DNA of 64,000 nt. Source: Thermoanaerobaculia bacterium (GTDB taxonomy: Bacteria; Acidobacteriota; Thermoanaerobaculia; Multivoradales; Multivoraceae). Of this stretch, positions 17,636-26,326 are shown in pieces. Position 1 is the stretch's first letter. Each line of letters starts with the position of its first letter. The stretch is from the NCBI GenBank assembly GCA_963666565.1, contig OY762911.1, positions 2,592,001 to 2,656,000 of the forward strand, given 5' to 3'. The notes beneath the pieces are model-generated. The model searched no databases, had not been told where the DNA came from, and saw only the letters and a list, made by a program, of their open reading frames with translations. A program made the position numbers and the translations under genes.

Positions 17636-18811
17636 ATGAGCGACGACACGGTTGGACAGGATCGGGCCCTGGACGCGGAGGACGCCGCCGAGGAGGCGCC
17701 GCCGACTCGCGACGCCGTGGCTCTCGACAGGTTGAGGCAGGCGGCTGCCGCGGCCGGCGCCGAGGCCGTCGTGCTGACGCCGGGCGCGACGATGACCTGG
17801 CTCCTTGGCCACCGCTTCGAGGGCCACGAACGGCTGTTCCTGCTCGTCGTGCCGACCACCGGCGCGCCGGTCGCGGTGGTTCCGGCCTTGGAGGAGGCCA
17901 ACTTCCGCGGCGCGGCGCCGGCGGTCGAGTCGGTGCATCTCTGGGACGACGCGGACGGCCCGGAGGCGGCCGCGGCCGCGGCATTCGAGGGGCTCGCCAA
18001 GGCGTCGCGGGTGGCGATCGAGCCGCTGAGCCTCCGCTACATGGAGATCCAGCACCTGAGCCGCGAGCTGCCGAAGGCGAAGCTCGAGAGCGCCGAGTCG
18101 ATCGTGAGCGAGCTGCGGCTCAAGAAGACCGACGAAGAGGCGGCGGCGATGCAGCAGGCGTCCAAGATCGCCGAGGCGGCGCTCGAGTTCACGCTGCGCG
18201 ACGTCAAGCCGGGGCGCACCGAGCGCGAGATCGCGGCCAAGCTGTCGAGCGAGCTGCTGCGCCGCGGCGGGGGCGGCATCTCCTTCGGCCCGATCGTCCT
18301 CAGCGGACCGAAGAGCGCGCTGCCCCACGGCGTGCCGGACGACCGGGAGATGCAGGAGGGCGAGTTCCTGCTCGTCGACTTCGGAACCTCCTTCGAGGGC
18401 TACCACTGCGACATCACCCGCACCTTCGTGGTCAGCGGCTCGCCGTCGGACCGCATGCGGGAGGTCTACGAGGCGGTGCTGCAGGCGAACATCCGCGGGG
18501 TGGCGGCGTCGCGGCCGGGCGTGACCTACGACTACGTCGACAGGAACTGCCAGGCGAACCTGCGCGCCTCCCGGTTCAAGGGGTTCATGACCCACCGCAC
18601 CGGCCACGGCCTGGGCCTGGAGATCCACGAGCCGCCGTCCGTGATGGCGGGCAACGAGGACATCGTCGAGGAGGGGGCGGTGTTCACGGTCGAGCCCGGC
18701 CTGTACCTGGAGGGCTGGGGCGGGGTGAGGATCGAGGACAACGTCCGCGTGACGGAGCAGGGTTGCGAACTGCTGACGTCGTCGCCGCGGGAGCTGCGGA
18801 TCCTCGGCTGA
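17636..18811 (+). CDS. Xaa-Pro aminopeptidase (M24)
   Basis: PHG, VDFG...YHCDITRT, HRTGHGLGLEIHEPP, TVEPGLY, GVRIED. Confidence 0.92.
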   Translation: MSDDTVGQDRALDAEDAAEEAPPTRDAVALDRLRQAAAAAGAEAVVLTPGATMTWLLGHRFEGHERLFLLVVPTTGAPVAVVPALEEANFRGAAPAVESVHLWDDADGPEAAAAAAFEGLAKASRVAIEPLSLRYMEIQHLSRELPKAKLESAESIVSELRLKKTDEEAAAMQQASKIAEAALEFTLRDVKPGRTEREIAAKLSSELLRRGGGGISFGPIVLSGPKSALPHGVPDDREMQEGEFLLVDFGTSFEGYHCDITRTFVVSGSPSDRMREVYEAVLQANIRGVAASRPGVTYDYVDRNCQANLRASRFKGFMTHRTGHGLGLEIHEPPSVMAGNEDIVEEGAVFTVEPGLYLEGWGGVRIEDNVRVTEQGCELLTSSPRELRILG

Positions 18812-18825
18812 CGAACGCGCGGCGC

Positions 18826-21800
18826 CTAGAAGTGGACGTGCAGGCCGATCTGGCCGCGGCGGCTGTCTCCCAGGCCGCTGCGGATCGTGCCGTCGAAGTT
18901 GAAGAGCAGCGAGCCCTGGGAGGCGTCGAGCCGGTTGTCGGCGTTCGTCAGGTTGAAGATCTCGAACACCGGTTCGAGGGTGACGCCTCTGCCCAGGGTG
19001 AACGGTCTGGACAGGCGGATGTCCCAGGTCAGGAACTCGTTGTCGCGCCGCAGGGTGTTGCGCTGGAGGATGCTGCCGTCGGCGCAGATGCGGTCGGACG
19101 GCTGGGCGGCGCGCTGGCCGCGGTTGGCGCATGACTCGGAGACGGGCGACGCGGAGAGGTAGCGGAACGAGTTGCTGAGCCGGACATCGCCGGGCAGGGC
19201 GAAGAGGAGGTAGCCGGCGACCTGGTGCCGTCGGTCGCGGTCCGACCAGCCGTACTCGGGGCCGAAGTCGGTCGGGTCGGCGTAGCGGTAGGTGAACGGG
19301 TCCCGCTCGTTGTCGTCGTCCGATCGGTCCCGGCTGAGCGTGTAGTTCACCTCGAAGGTGAGCAGGCCGCCCGCGGCGTTCCGGCCGCGCAGGGTGGCCG
19401 TCAGGGCGTGGTAGCGCGACCGCGCCGTGCTCTCCGCGCTGTTCAGGGCGTTGATGCCGCCGCCGCCGGGATGCGTGCCGACGCCGAAGGGCGCGCCCAG
19501 GGCGGCGGCGTTGCGGTCGACGAAGCGGAACAGGCGGCTGCTCCGGGCGTGCTGGACCGTGAGTTCGCCGACGATTCCGCCGCCCAGCCGCCGCTCCAGG
19601 CCGAGGGCGAGGGAACGGGTCTCGGGCAGTTCGAAGTCGCGGTCCCAGACGTAGATGTCGGGCAGGAACGGCGAGGTCGTCGAACCGTCGATCTGCTCGT
19701 CGATGGCGGGCACGCGGCCCAGCGCGGGCGAGGCGGCGCTGCTGCGGAACAGGGTCTGCTGGTAGGCCCCGTTCGTCGTGCGGGGCGTCGCCATCATCAG
19801 GCTCGGCACGCGCGACACGTAGGAACCCGCGTTCGCCCGGAGCACCGTGGCGCCGTCGCCGGCGACGTCCCAGGCCAGGCCCAGGCGCGGCTGAAGGTTG
19901 TCCAGGTCGTCGGGGAACGTGCCGTCGGACGGGAACCTCGGGTCGTCGAGGTACGGGGCGAACCAGGTGTCCTCCGGCTGGATCAGCGGACCCGGATACC
20001 AGGTCCCCTCCCAGCGCAGGCCGAGGTTCAGGACCAGCCGGTCCGCCGCCTGCCAGGCGTCCTGGACGAAGACGCCAACCTCGTCGACCTCGTAGTCCTG
20101 CAGGCCGAGGCGCTCGGGCGGCACGCCGGGGACGGTAGCGGCCTGCAGGTAGAGCAGCACGGGCCCCCGGATCTCTGCGCCTGGGGGGCAGACGCCCTCG
20201 GCGCTGCTCGAGCCGTCGGAGCAGGTCACGTAGCCGTTCCCCTGCTCGACGAAGGCGATGAAGCCGTCGACGGAGTCGAAGAGGTAGCGGCTGTTCGCGA
20301 AGCCGATGAACTGCTGCCCGACGCCGGTGCGGTTCACCTCGATTCCGGCCTTGACGAGGTGGTCGTCGAGCAGGATCGAGACGTTGTCCACTGCCTGCCT
20401 GCGGCTGTCGAAGGAGCTCGGGATAGGCAGGAAGAAGGGCAGGCCGATGCGGAAGCCGTCCGCGAAGTCCATCCCGATGTCGGGGAACGGCCGTCCTCCC
20501 TGGCCGGCGAAGAGCGGCGGCGCCGGCGCCCCCGGGAGGTTGGGGCCGCCGTAGCGCCGGGGCCGGTCCTCGCGCGCCCACTGCAGGCGCGCCTCGTTCG
20601 AGGTCCGGTTGTTCAGGAGCGACCGGAGGCTCAGGTTGACCGCGTGCGAGTAGTCCTGCTCGATGCCGTTCGCGGACAGACCCCAGGAATCGACGTCGAA
20701 CGTGCCGTTGACCTGCTCCGACCAGGTGTAGTTGTACTTGACCGACGCCTGGTGGCTCGGGCCGAGGTTGACGTCGAGCTTCGCGATCAGGGCGCGGTTG
20801 TCGTCCGTGCGCTCGATGGGGCCGAACTCGTCGTCGAAGAGGCCGGGCCAGCGGCGCTGGAGGAAGGCGTCGAGCCGGGCGAGGTTGGCGGGACCCGCGA
20901 CCTCGCGCACGGCCTGCTTCGTCTCCGCCGCGTCCTGCTCGTCGTAAGCGCCGAAGAAGAAGATCCGGTCGCGCCGGATCGGGCCGCCGAAGGTGAAGCC
21001 GTACTGAAGGCGCTCGAAGTCCGGCTTCGCCGCCTCGCCCGAGGGGTGCTCCGACGAGATCCCGTCCCATTGCCGGAACGTGTGGGCGGTGCCCTCGAAC
21101 TCGTTCGTGCCGGACTTCGTGATCACGTTGACGAAGCCGCCGGCCGAGCGGCCGAACTCGGCGGTCGCGCCCTGGTTGATGACCACCATCTCCTGGATCG
21201 CGTCCTGGTTGAAGGTGAAGGCCGGCCGCTGGCCGCCGCGCTGCTCGCCGAAGAACGAGTTGTTGAAGTCGGCGCCGTCGACGATGAAGTTGTTGAAGAT
21301 GCCGCGCTGGCCGCTGACGTTCAGTTCGTCGCCGTCCGGTCCCTGGGAGATCGAGGCGCCGGGCGTCAGCAGGGTCAGGTCGAAGAAGTTGCGGCCGTTC
21401 GTGGGCAGGCCTTCGATCACCTCGTCGTCGAGCCGCTGGGACGACGTGGTGTCCTCGGTGGCGGCCGTGCCCCAGGCGTCGGCGACGACCGGGATCTCCT
21501 CGGCGACGACCGGTCTGAGGTCGATGTCGAGGTTCAGGCTCTGGCCGACCCGCAGCGTGATGCCCGAGAGCCGCTCCATCAGGCCGTCGGCGTCCCTGGT
21601 CACGATCAGCTCGTACGACCCGAGCGGCAGCAGCGTGCGAGCGAAGGCGCCCGTGGCCGTCGTCTCGACGGAGGTCGTGAACCCCGTCTCGGTGTGCTGG
21701 AACAGCACCTGGGCGCCGGCGACCGGCGCCCCGCCGGGGCCGCGCACGGTGCCGCGGATGATCCCGGTCGTCGCTTCGGACTGGCCGGCAACGGGGACGG

Positions 21801-21846
21801 CGGCGGCAGCGAGCAGGATGGTGGCGAGCGTCGAACGGAGGGACAT
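18826..21846 (-). CDS. TonB-dependent receptor (Oar-like, carboxypeptidase-regulatory N-domain)
   Basis: Signal peptide MSLRSTLATILLAAAAVPVAG, LPTNGRNF, AEFGRSAGGFVNVITKSGTNEF, C-terminal Phe. Confidence 0.9.
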   Translation of the reverse strand: MSLRSTLATILLAAAAVPVAGQSEATTGIIRGTVRGPGGAPVAGAQVLFQHTETGFTTSVETTATGAFARTLLPLGSYELIVTRDADGLMERLSGITLRVGQSLNLDIDLRPVVAEEIPVVADAWGTAATEDTTSSQRLDDEVIEGLPTNGRNFFDLTLLTPGASISQGPDGDELNVSGQRGIFNNFIVDGADFNNSFFGEQRGGQRPAFTFNQDAIQEMVVINQGATAEFGRSAGGFVNVITKSGTNEFEGTAHTFRQWDGISSEHPSGEAAKPDFERLQYGFTFGGPIRRDRIFFFGAYDEQDAAETKQAVREVAGPANLARLDAFLQRRWPGLFDDEFGPIERTDDNRALIAKLDVNLGPSHQASVKYNYTWSEQVNGTFDVDSWGLSANGIEQDYSHAVNLSLRSLLNNRTSNEARLQWAREDRPRRYGGPNLPGAPAPPLFAGQGGRPFPDIGMDFADGFRIGLPFFLPIPSSFDSRRQAVDNVSILLDDHLVKAGIEVNRTGVGQQFIGFANSRYLFDSVDGFIAFVEQGNGYVTCSDGSSSAEGVCPPGAEIRGPVLLYLQAATVPGVPPERLGLQDYEVDEVGVFVQDAWQAADRLVLNLGLRWEGTWYPGPLIQPEDTWFAPYLDDPRFPSDGTFPDDLDNLQPRLGLAWDVAGDGATVLRANAGSYVSRVPSLMMATPRTTNGAYQQTLFRSSAASPALGRVPAIDEQIDGSTTSPFLPDIYVWDRDFELPETRSLALGLERRLGGGIVGELTVQHARSSRLFRFVDRNAAALGAPFGVGTHPGGGGINALNSAESTARSRYHALTATLRGRNAAGGLLTFEVNYTLSRDRSDDDNERDPFTYRYADPTDFGPEYGWSDRDRRHQVAGYLLFALPGDVRLSNSFRYLSASPVSESCANRGQRAAQPSDRICADGSILQRNTLRRDNEFLTWDIRLSRPFTLGRGVTLEPVFEIFNLTNADNRLDASQGSLLFNFDGTIRSGLGDSRRGQIGLHVHF

Positions 21847-21948
21847 GATCGAAGCCGGGAAGACGGCGGCCCGCGGCGGAGACGGGATGATAGCCGGCGC
21901 CGTGGTGGCGCAGGCGGTGGATGTCGAAGGACGGAGTAGATTGCGGTC

Positions 21949-22932
21949 ATGGGTGGCCGGCGGATGGCGGTGACGATGGGGGATGCCGCGGGAGTTGGAC
22001 CGGAGATCGCGGTACGCCGGTTTGCCGAGGGGTTGTTGGGCAGTGACAGCGTGGTCTACGGCGACGCGGCGGTGCTGGCGAGCGCGGCGGCGGTCCTGGG
22101 TATGGATGTACGGATCCAATCGGTCCAGGATCCGGACGAGGCGGTCGAAGGTGCGCTGAACGTCCGCGACCTGAGATTGCTGAGCGCGGATCGGGTGACG
22201 CCAGGGGTCCTGAGTCGAGAGGCGGGCGCGGCGGCTTTGGCCTATGTCGACTGTGCCACCCGTGACGCATTGTCGGGCAACGTCGCGGGGGTCGTCACCC
22301 TGCCGATGAACAAGGAGGCGACGCGGATGTCGCGGCCGGGCTTCCAGGGGCACACGGAGTTCATCGCCGGGCTGTGCGGCGTCCGCGACTTCGCGATGAT
22401 GCTGACGGTGCCGGAGTTGGCCGTGACGCACGTCAGCGCTCACGTCAGCCTGCGCGAGGCGATCGAGCGGGTGGAACCGGTGCGGATCCGCAAGGTGATC
22501 GACCTGACCCACGAGGCGCTGTCGCGGTTCGTCGAGCGGCCGCGGATCGCCGTCTGCGGGTTGAACCCTCATGCCGGGGAGCACGGCCTGTTCGGCGTCG
22601 AGGACGAGGAGATCGTCCGGCCGACGATCGAGGCCGCGGCGGCCGACGGTATCGACGTGTCCGGTCCGCATCCGGCGGATACGGTCTTCCGTCAGGCGAT
22701 TCATCTCGACCGCTACGACGCCGTCGTCTGCATGTACCACGACCAGGGCCATGCGCCGATGAAGCTCTACGGCTTCGAACGGGGCGTCAATGTGACGATC
22801 GGCCTGCCCATCGTCCGTACCTCGGTCGACCATGGCACCGCCTTCGACATCGCCTGGCAGGGCAAGGCGTTCACGGACTCGCTGGGCCACGCGCTGGAGT
22901 ACGCGCGGAAGTTGGCAGGGCGAACGAAGTAG
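21949..22932 (+). CDS. pdxA: 4-hydroxythreonine-4-phosphate dehydrogenase family (PdxA/PdxA2)
   Basis: TMGDAAGVGPE, GHTE, LNPHAGE, MYHDQG, RTSVDHGTAFDIA. Confidence 0.92.
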   Translation: MGGRRMAVTMGDAAGVGPEIAVRRFAEGLLGSDSVVYGDAAVLASAAAVLGMDVRIQSVQDPDEAVEGALNVRDLRLLSADRVTPGVLSREAGAAALAYVDCATRDALSGNVAGVVTLPMNKEATRMSRPGFQGHTEFIAGLCGVRDFAMMLTVPELAVTHVSAHVSLREAIERVEPVRIRKVIDLTHEALSRFVERPRIAVCGLNPHAGEHGLFGVEDEEIVRPTIEAAAADGIDVSGPHPADTVFRQAIHLDRYDAVVCMYHDQGHAPMKLYGFERGVNVTIGLPIVRTSVDHGTAFDIAWQGKAFTDSLGHALEYARKLAGRTK

Positions 22933-23069
22933 GCCTCGGTCTGCGGGTATTCTGTGCGGCGAACAGGGCAAGATCCTGACGGGAGCGAACCGCTTGCCGG
23001 AGAAGTAGTTCGGCCCTCGTCGGAGAGCACGATCGGGTTCACCGGAAGAGTCTGAAGGGGAGAGAGGCC

Positions 23070-24302
23070 ATGAGGATGGGTAGTGACATGGCGCCTGGCC
23101 GACGGTGCCGGGCCGCTGCGGCATGGGTGATGTTGGCGATGGCACTGTTTCTTGGCGCCTGCGAACCGGCAGCGGCTCCTGACCGCGGCCCGCTTTCGGA
23201 GGACGAACTGACGGCGCTGGCCGCCGAAGTCGGCCCCGACTGGGAGGTCGTGCAGGAGTACCGGAAGAGCCATCAGGAGTGGAACGAGCGCGTTCTCGAC
23301 AGCCTCGGTTCGCAGGAGGAAGAAGGAGAAACCGTCGACGGTGCGGACGCGGATCTGGAGTCGGAACGGCCCGACATCAGCCGTGCTGCCGCCGCGGCGA
23401 TCGCGATTCTCGAGCACGAGGCCGGGCACGAGAAGAGGGGTGAGGCGGCACGGTTTCTTGCCGTGGACGGGGCCAGGGCACCGGGGGGCGACGACCTTGC
23501 TTATCGAGGGGCGAAGGCCCTGTTCGACGGCGACGCCGAGGTGCAGGGGTGGCCGATGCTCCTGGCCCAGATGGACATCGCGCGGCAACTCGGCGAGGAC
23601 GGAGAGCCGACCGGCTCCGCCATCGACCGGTTCTTCGAGGAACTGGCCTCCGGCGCCGGCGATCCCAGGTACCGCGCGGCCGGGCGCTTCTACTTCGCGT
23701 CGGGGCTCATTGCCTCGCTCAACGTGGGCCCGCTGTCCTCGGCGGATCGCGCGGCCAGACGCGAGCGCGCGCTGCAGGCGGCGACCGGGTTGAGCGCCGG
23801 CGTCGAAGACGAGCGTGTCCTGCTGGTTGCTCGCGTTCGGACGTTTGCGGAGGCGGAGGAGGACCTCGTTCGGACGATCCGCCACGCAACCGTCGGTGCG
23901 ACGGTCGCGGACGTCGAGGGCGCCGGGCTCGACGGCGCCCCGGAGGCGTTGTCCGACTATCGGGGCAAGGTGGTGCTGCTCGACTTCTGGGCGACGTGGT
24001 GCAAGCCGTGCATCGCGGCGTTGCCTGAACTCCGGCGTCTGGTCGCCGATCTGCCTGCGGACCGGTTCGTTCTACTGGCGATCAGCGTCGACGGTCAGCT
24101 CGAGACCGCGACCCGCTTCATGGAGAGCGAGCCGATGCCTTTCACTCACTGGTACGTTGGCGCGCAGAGCGACATCGCACGGATCCTGGATGTCTACTCC
24201 TTTCCCACCTACATGCTGATCGACGAGCAGGGCGAGATTCTGGCCAGAACGAACGGACTCGACGACGACTTCCTGGCCCTGATCGAAGAGACGGTGGGCT
24301 AG
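23070..24302 (+). CDS. TlpA-family thiol-disulfide oxidoreductase, probable lipoprotein
   Basis: LDFWATWCKPC, FPT cis-Pro motif, lipobox-like LGAC. Confidence 0.85.
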   Translation: MRMGSDMAPGRRCRAAAAWVMLAMALFLGACEPAAAPDRGPLSEDELTALAAEVGPDWEVVQEYRKSHQEWNERVLDSLGSQEEEGETVDGADADLESERPDISRAAAAAIAILEHEAGHEKRGEAARFLAVDGARAPGGDDLAYRGAKALFDGDAEVQGWPMLLAQMDIARQLGEDGEPTGSAIDRFFEELASGAGDPRYRAAGRFYFASGLIASLNVGPLSSADRAARRERALQAATGLSAGVEDERVLLVARVRTFAEAEEDLVRTIRHATVGATVADVEGAGLDGAPEALSDYRGKVVLLDFWATWCKPCIAALPELRRLVADLPADRFVLLAISVDGQLETATRFMESEPMPFTHWYVGAQSDIARILDVYSFPTYMLIDEQGEILARTNGLDDDFLALIEETVG

Positions 24303-24304
24303 CC

Positions 24305-25639
24305 GTGGGCGGGAGCCGTTCTTCCTTCGCTGTCGCTCTCCTGCTGGCGGCGCTCCTCGCCGGGCCGGCGGCCGTTTCCTCCCAGGACCTCGCCGACGCG
24401 ATCGCCGAGGACTACCGGACCGAACTGAAGGCCCTCTTCGAGCACTTCCACCGCAACCCGGAACTCTCCTTCCTCGAACACGAGACGGCGGCGCGGCTCG
24501 CCGACGAGCTGAGCGAATCGGGCGTCGAGGTGACGGAGGGCATCGGCCGAACCGGCATCGTCGGCATGATGGAGAACGGCGACGGACCGCTGGTCCTCGT
24601 GCGGGCCGACATGGACGGTCTGCCGGTGGCGGAGAGGTCCGAACTGCCCTACGCCTCGACGGCGACCCAGGTCGACCTCTCGGGCGAGGAAGTCCCGGTC
24701 ATGCACGCCTGCGGCCACGACATGCACATCACGACGATGGTCGGGGTGGCGCGGCGGCTCGCCGCGATGCGCGACCGGTGGTCGGGCACGGTCATGTTCG
24801 TGGGCCAGCCGGCGGAAGAGCGGATCATGGGCGCCCGCGAAATGCTCGAGGACGGCCTGTACGAGCGCTTCGGCGTGCCGGACTACGCGCTGGCGCTCCA
24901 CGTTTCGGCCGGCCGGCCGGCCGGGAAGATCGAGGTGCCGCCGGGCCTGCTCGCGTCGTCGTCGGACAGCGTCGACATCACCGTGTTCGGGGTCGGCGCG
25001 CACGGGGCGTCGCCGCACCGGGGCAAGGACCCGATCTACATCGCGGCGCAACTCGTCGTCGCGCTCCAGGGCATCGTGAGCCGCGAGCTCAATCCGCTCG
25101 ACCCCGGCGTCGTGACGGTCGGTGCGATCCACGGCGGCTTCAAGCACAACGTGATCCCGGACCGGGTCGAACTGCAGCTCACGGTGCGGGCGAACAACGA
25201 GGAGACGCGGGAGCAATTGCTCTCGGCGATCGAGCGGATCGCGGAGGGCGTCGGCCGCGCGGCAGGGCTTCCCGCCTCGCTGCTGCCGAACGTGGTGCGC
25301 ACGAAGGAATCGACTCCGGTCACGGAGAACGACCCGGAACTCGCGGCCCGGGTGCGCGCCGCGATCGCCGCGGGCATGGGCGAGGACGTGTTCTACAGCG
25401 CGCCGCCCTCGGGCATGGGCGCCGAGGACTTCGCCTACTTCGTCCGCACCGAGCACAAGGTGCCCGGCACTTACTTCAACGTCGGCGGCACGGACCCCGC
25501 CGACCTGGAAGCGGAGGCGGCCGGCGGACCGCCGGTCCCGGGGCACCACTCCCCCTTCTTCCGCATCGAACCGGAACCGTCGATCCGCGCCGGCGTCGAG
25601 GCGATGACGCTGGCGGTGCTCGACCTGCTGCGGCCCTAG
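24305..25639 (+). CDS. M20D amidohydrolase (hippuricase-like), secreted
   Basis: HRNPELS, RADMDGLP, MHACGHD, QPAEE, MGAEDF. Confidence 0.92.
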   Translation: MGGSRSSFAVALLLAALLAGPAAVSSQDLADAIAEDYRTELKALFEHFHRNPELSFLEHETAARLADELSESGVEVTEGIGRTGIVGMMENGDGPLVLVRADMDGLPVAERSELPYASTATQVDLSGEEVPVMHACGHDMHITTMVGVARRLAAMRDRWSGTVMFVGQPAEERIMGAREMLEDGLYERFGVPDYALALHVSAGRPAGKIEVPPGLLASSSDSVDITVFGVGAHGASPHRGKDPIYIAAQLVVALQGIVSRELNPLDPGVVTVGAIHGGFKHNVIPDRVELQLTVRANNEETREQLLSAIERIAEGVGRAAGLPASLLPNVVRTKESTPVTENDPELAARVRAAIAAGMGEDVFYSAPPSGMGAEDFAYFVRTEHKVPGTYFNVGGTDPADLEAEAAGGPPVPGHHSPFFRIEPEPSIRAGVEAMTLAVLDLLRP

Positions 25640-25641
25640 CG

Positions 25642-26310
25642 GTGCCCAGACCGGAAGGCCCGTTCGAACCGATACCGGAACCGGGACTGCGCGAGGTTCT
25701 CGCCGAACTCGAGCGGCTGTATCCGGACGCGGACTGCGAACTGCGGCACGAGAACGCGCTGCAACTCCTGATCGCGACGATCCTCTCGGCCCAGTCGACG
25801 GACGTGCGGGTCAATCAGGTGACGGAGACCCTGTTCGAGCGCTATCGGAACGTCGAGGACTTCGCCGCGGCCGATCCGGCCGTCTTCGAGCAGGAGATCC
25901 GGAGCACCGGCTTCTTCCGCAACAAGACGAAGAGCGTGCTCGGCGCGGCCCGGAAGATCGTCGACGACTTCGGCGGCAAGGTGCCGGACACGATGGAGGA
26001 GCTGGTTACCCTTCCCGGCGTGGCGCGGAAGACGGCGAACGTGGTGCTCGGCACCTGGTTCGGGAAGCCGGTCGGCGTCGTCGTCGACACCCACATCGGC
26101 CGGCTGGGGCGACGTCTGGGCATCACCGCCGAGACCGATCCGGTCAAGGTCGAGCGGGACCTGATGCGGCGGCTGCCGCGCGACAAGTGGATCTTCATGG
26201 GCCACGCGATCATCTGGCACGGCCGCCGCGTCTGCGCCGCGCGGCGGCCCGATTGCGCGAGCTGCACGCTCGCCGAGTGGTGCCCTCGCAACGGTCTGCC
26301 GGCCTGCTAG
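25642..26310 (+). CDS. nth: Endonuclease III
   Basis: LIATILSAQSTD, LPGVARKTAN, VDTH, C-x6-C-x2-C-x5-C 4Fe-4S motif; GTG at 25642. Confidence 0.92.
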   Translation: MPRPEGPFEPIPEPGLREVLAELERLYPDADCELRHENALQLLIATILSAQSTDVRVNQVTETLFERYRNVEDFAAADPAVFEQEIRSTGFFRNKTKSVLGAARKIVDDFGGKVPDTMEELVTLPGVARKTANVVLGTWFGKPVGVVVDTHIGRLGRRLGITAETDPVKVERDLMRRLPRDKWIFMGHAIIWHGRRVCAARRPDCASCTLAEWCPRNGLPAC

Positions 26311-26326
26311 GCTGCCGCCGTTCGCA

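Noticed and set aside
16325-21070. 1581-aa ORF suggesting a fusion with acyl-CoA dehydrogenase
   Set aside because: True start is about 17518; the upstream part overlaps the M24 peptidase and TonB receptor genes in non-coding frames
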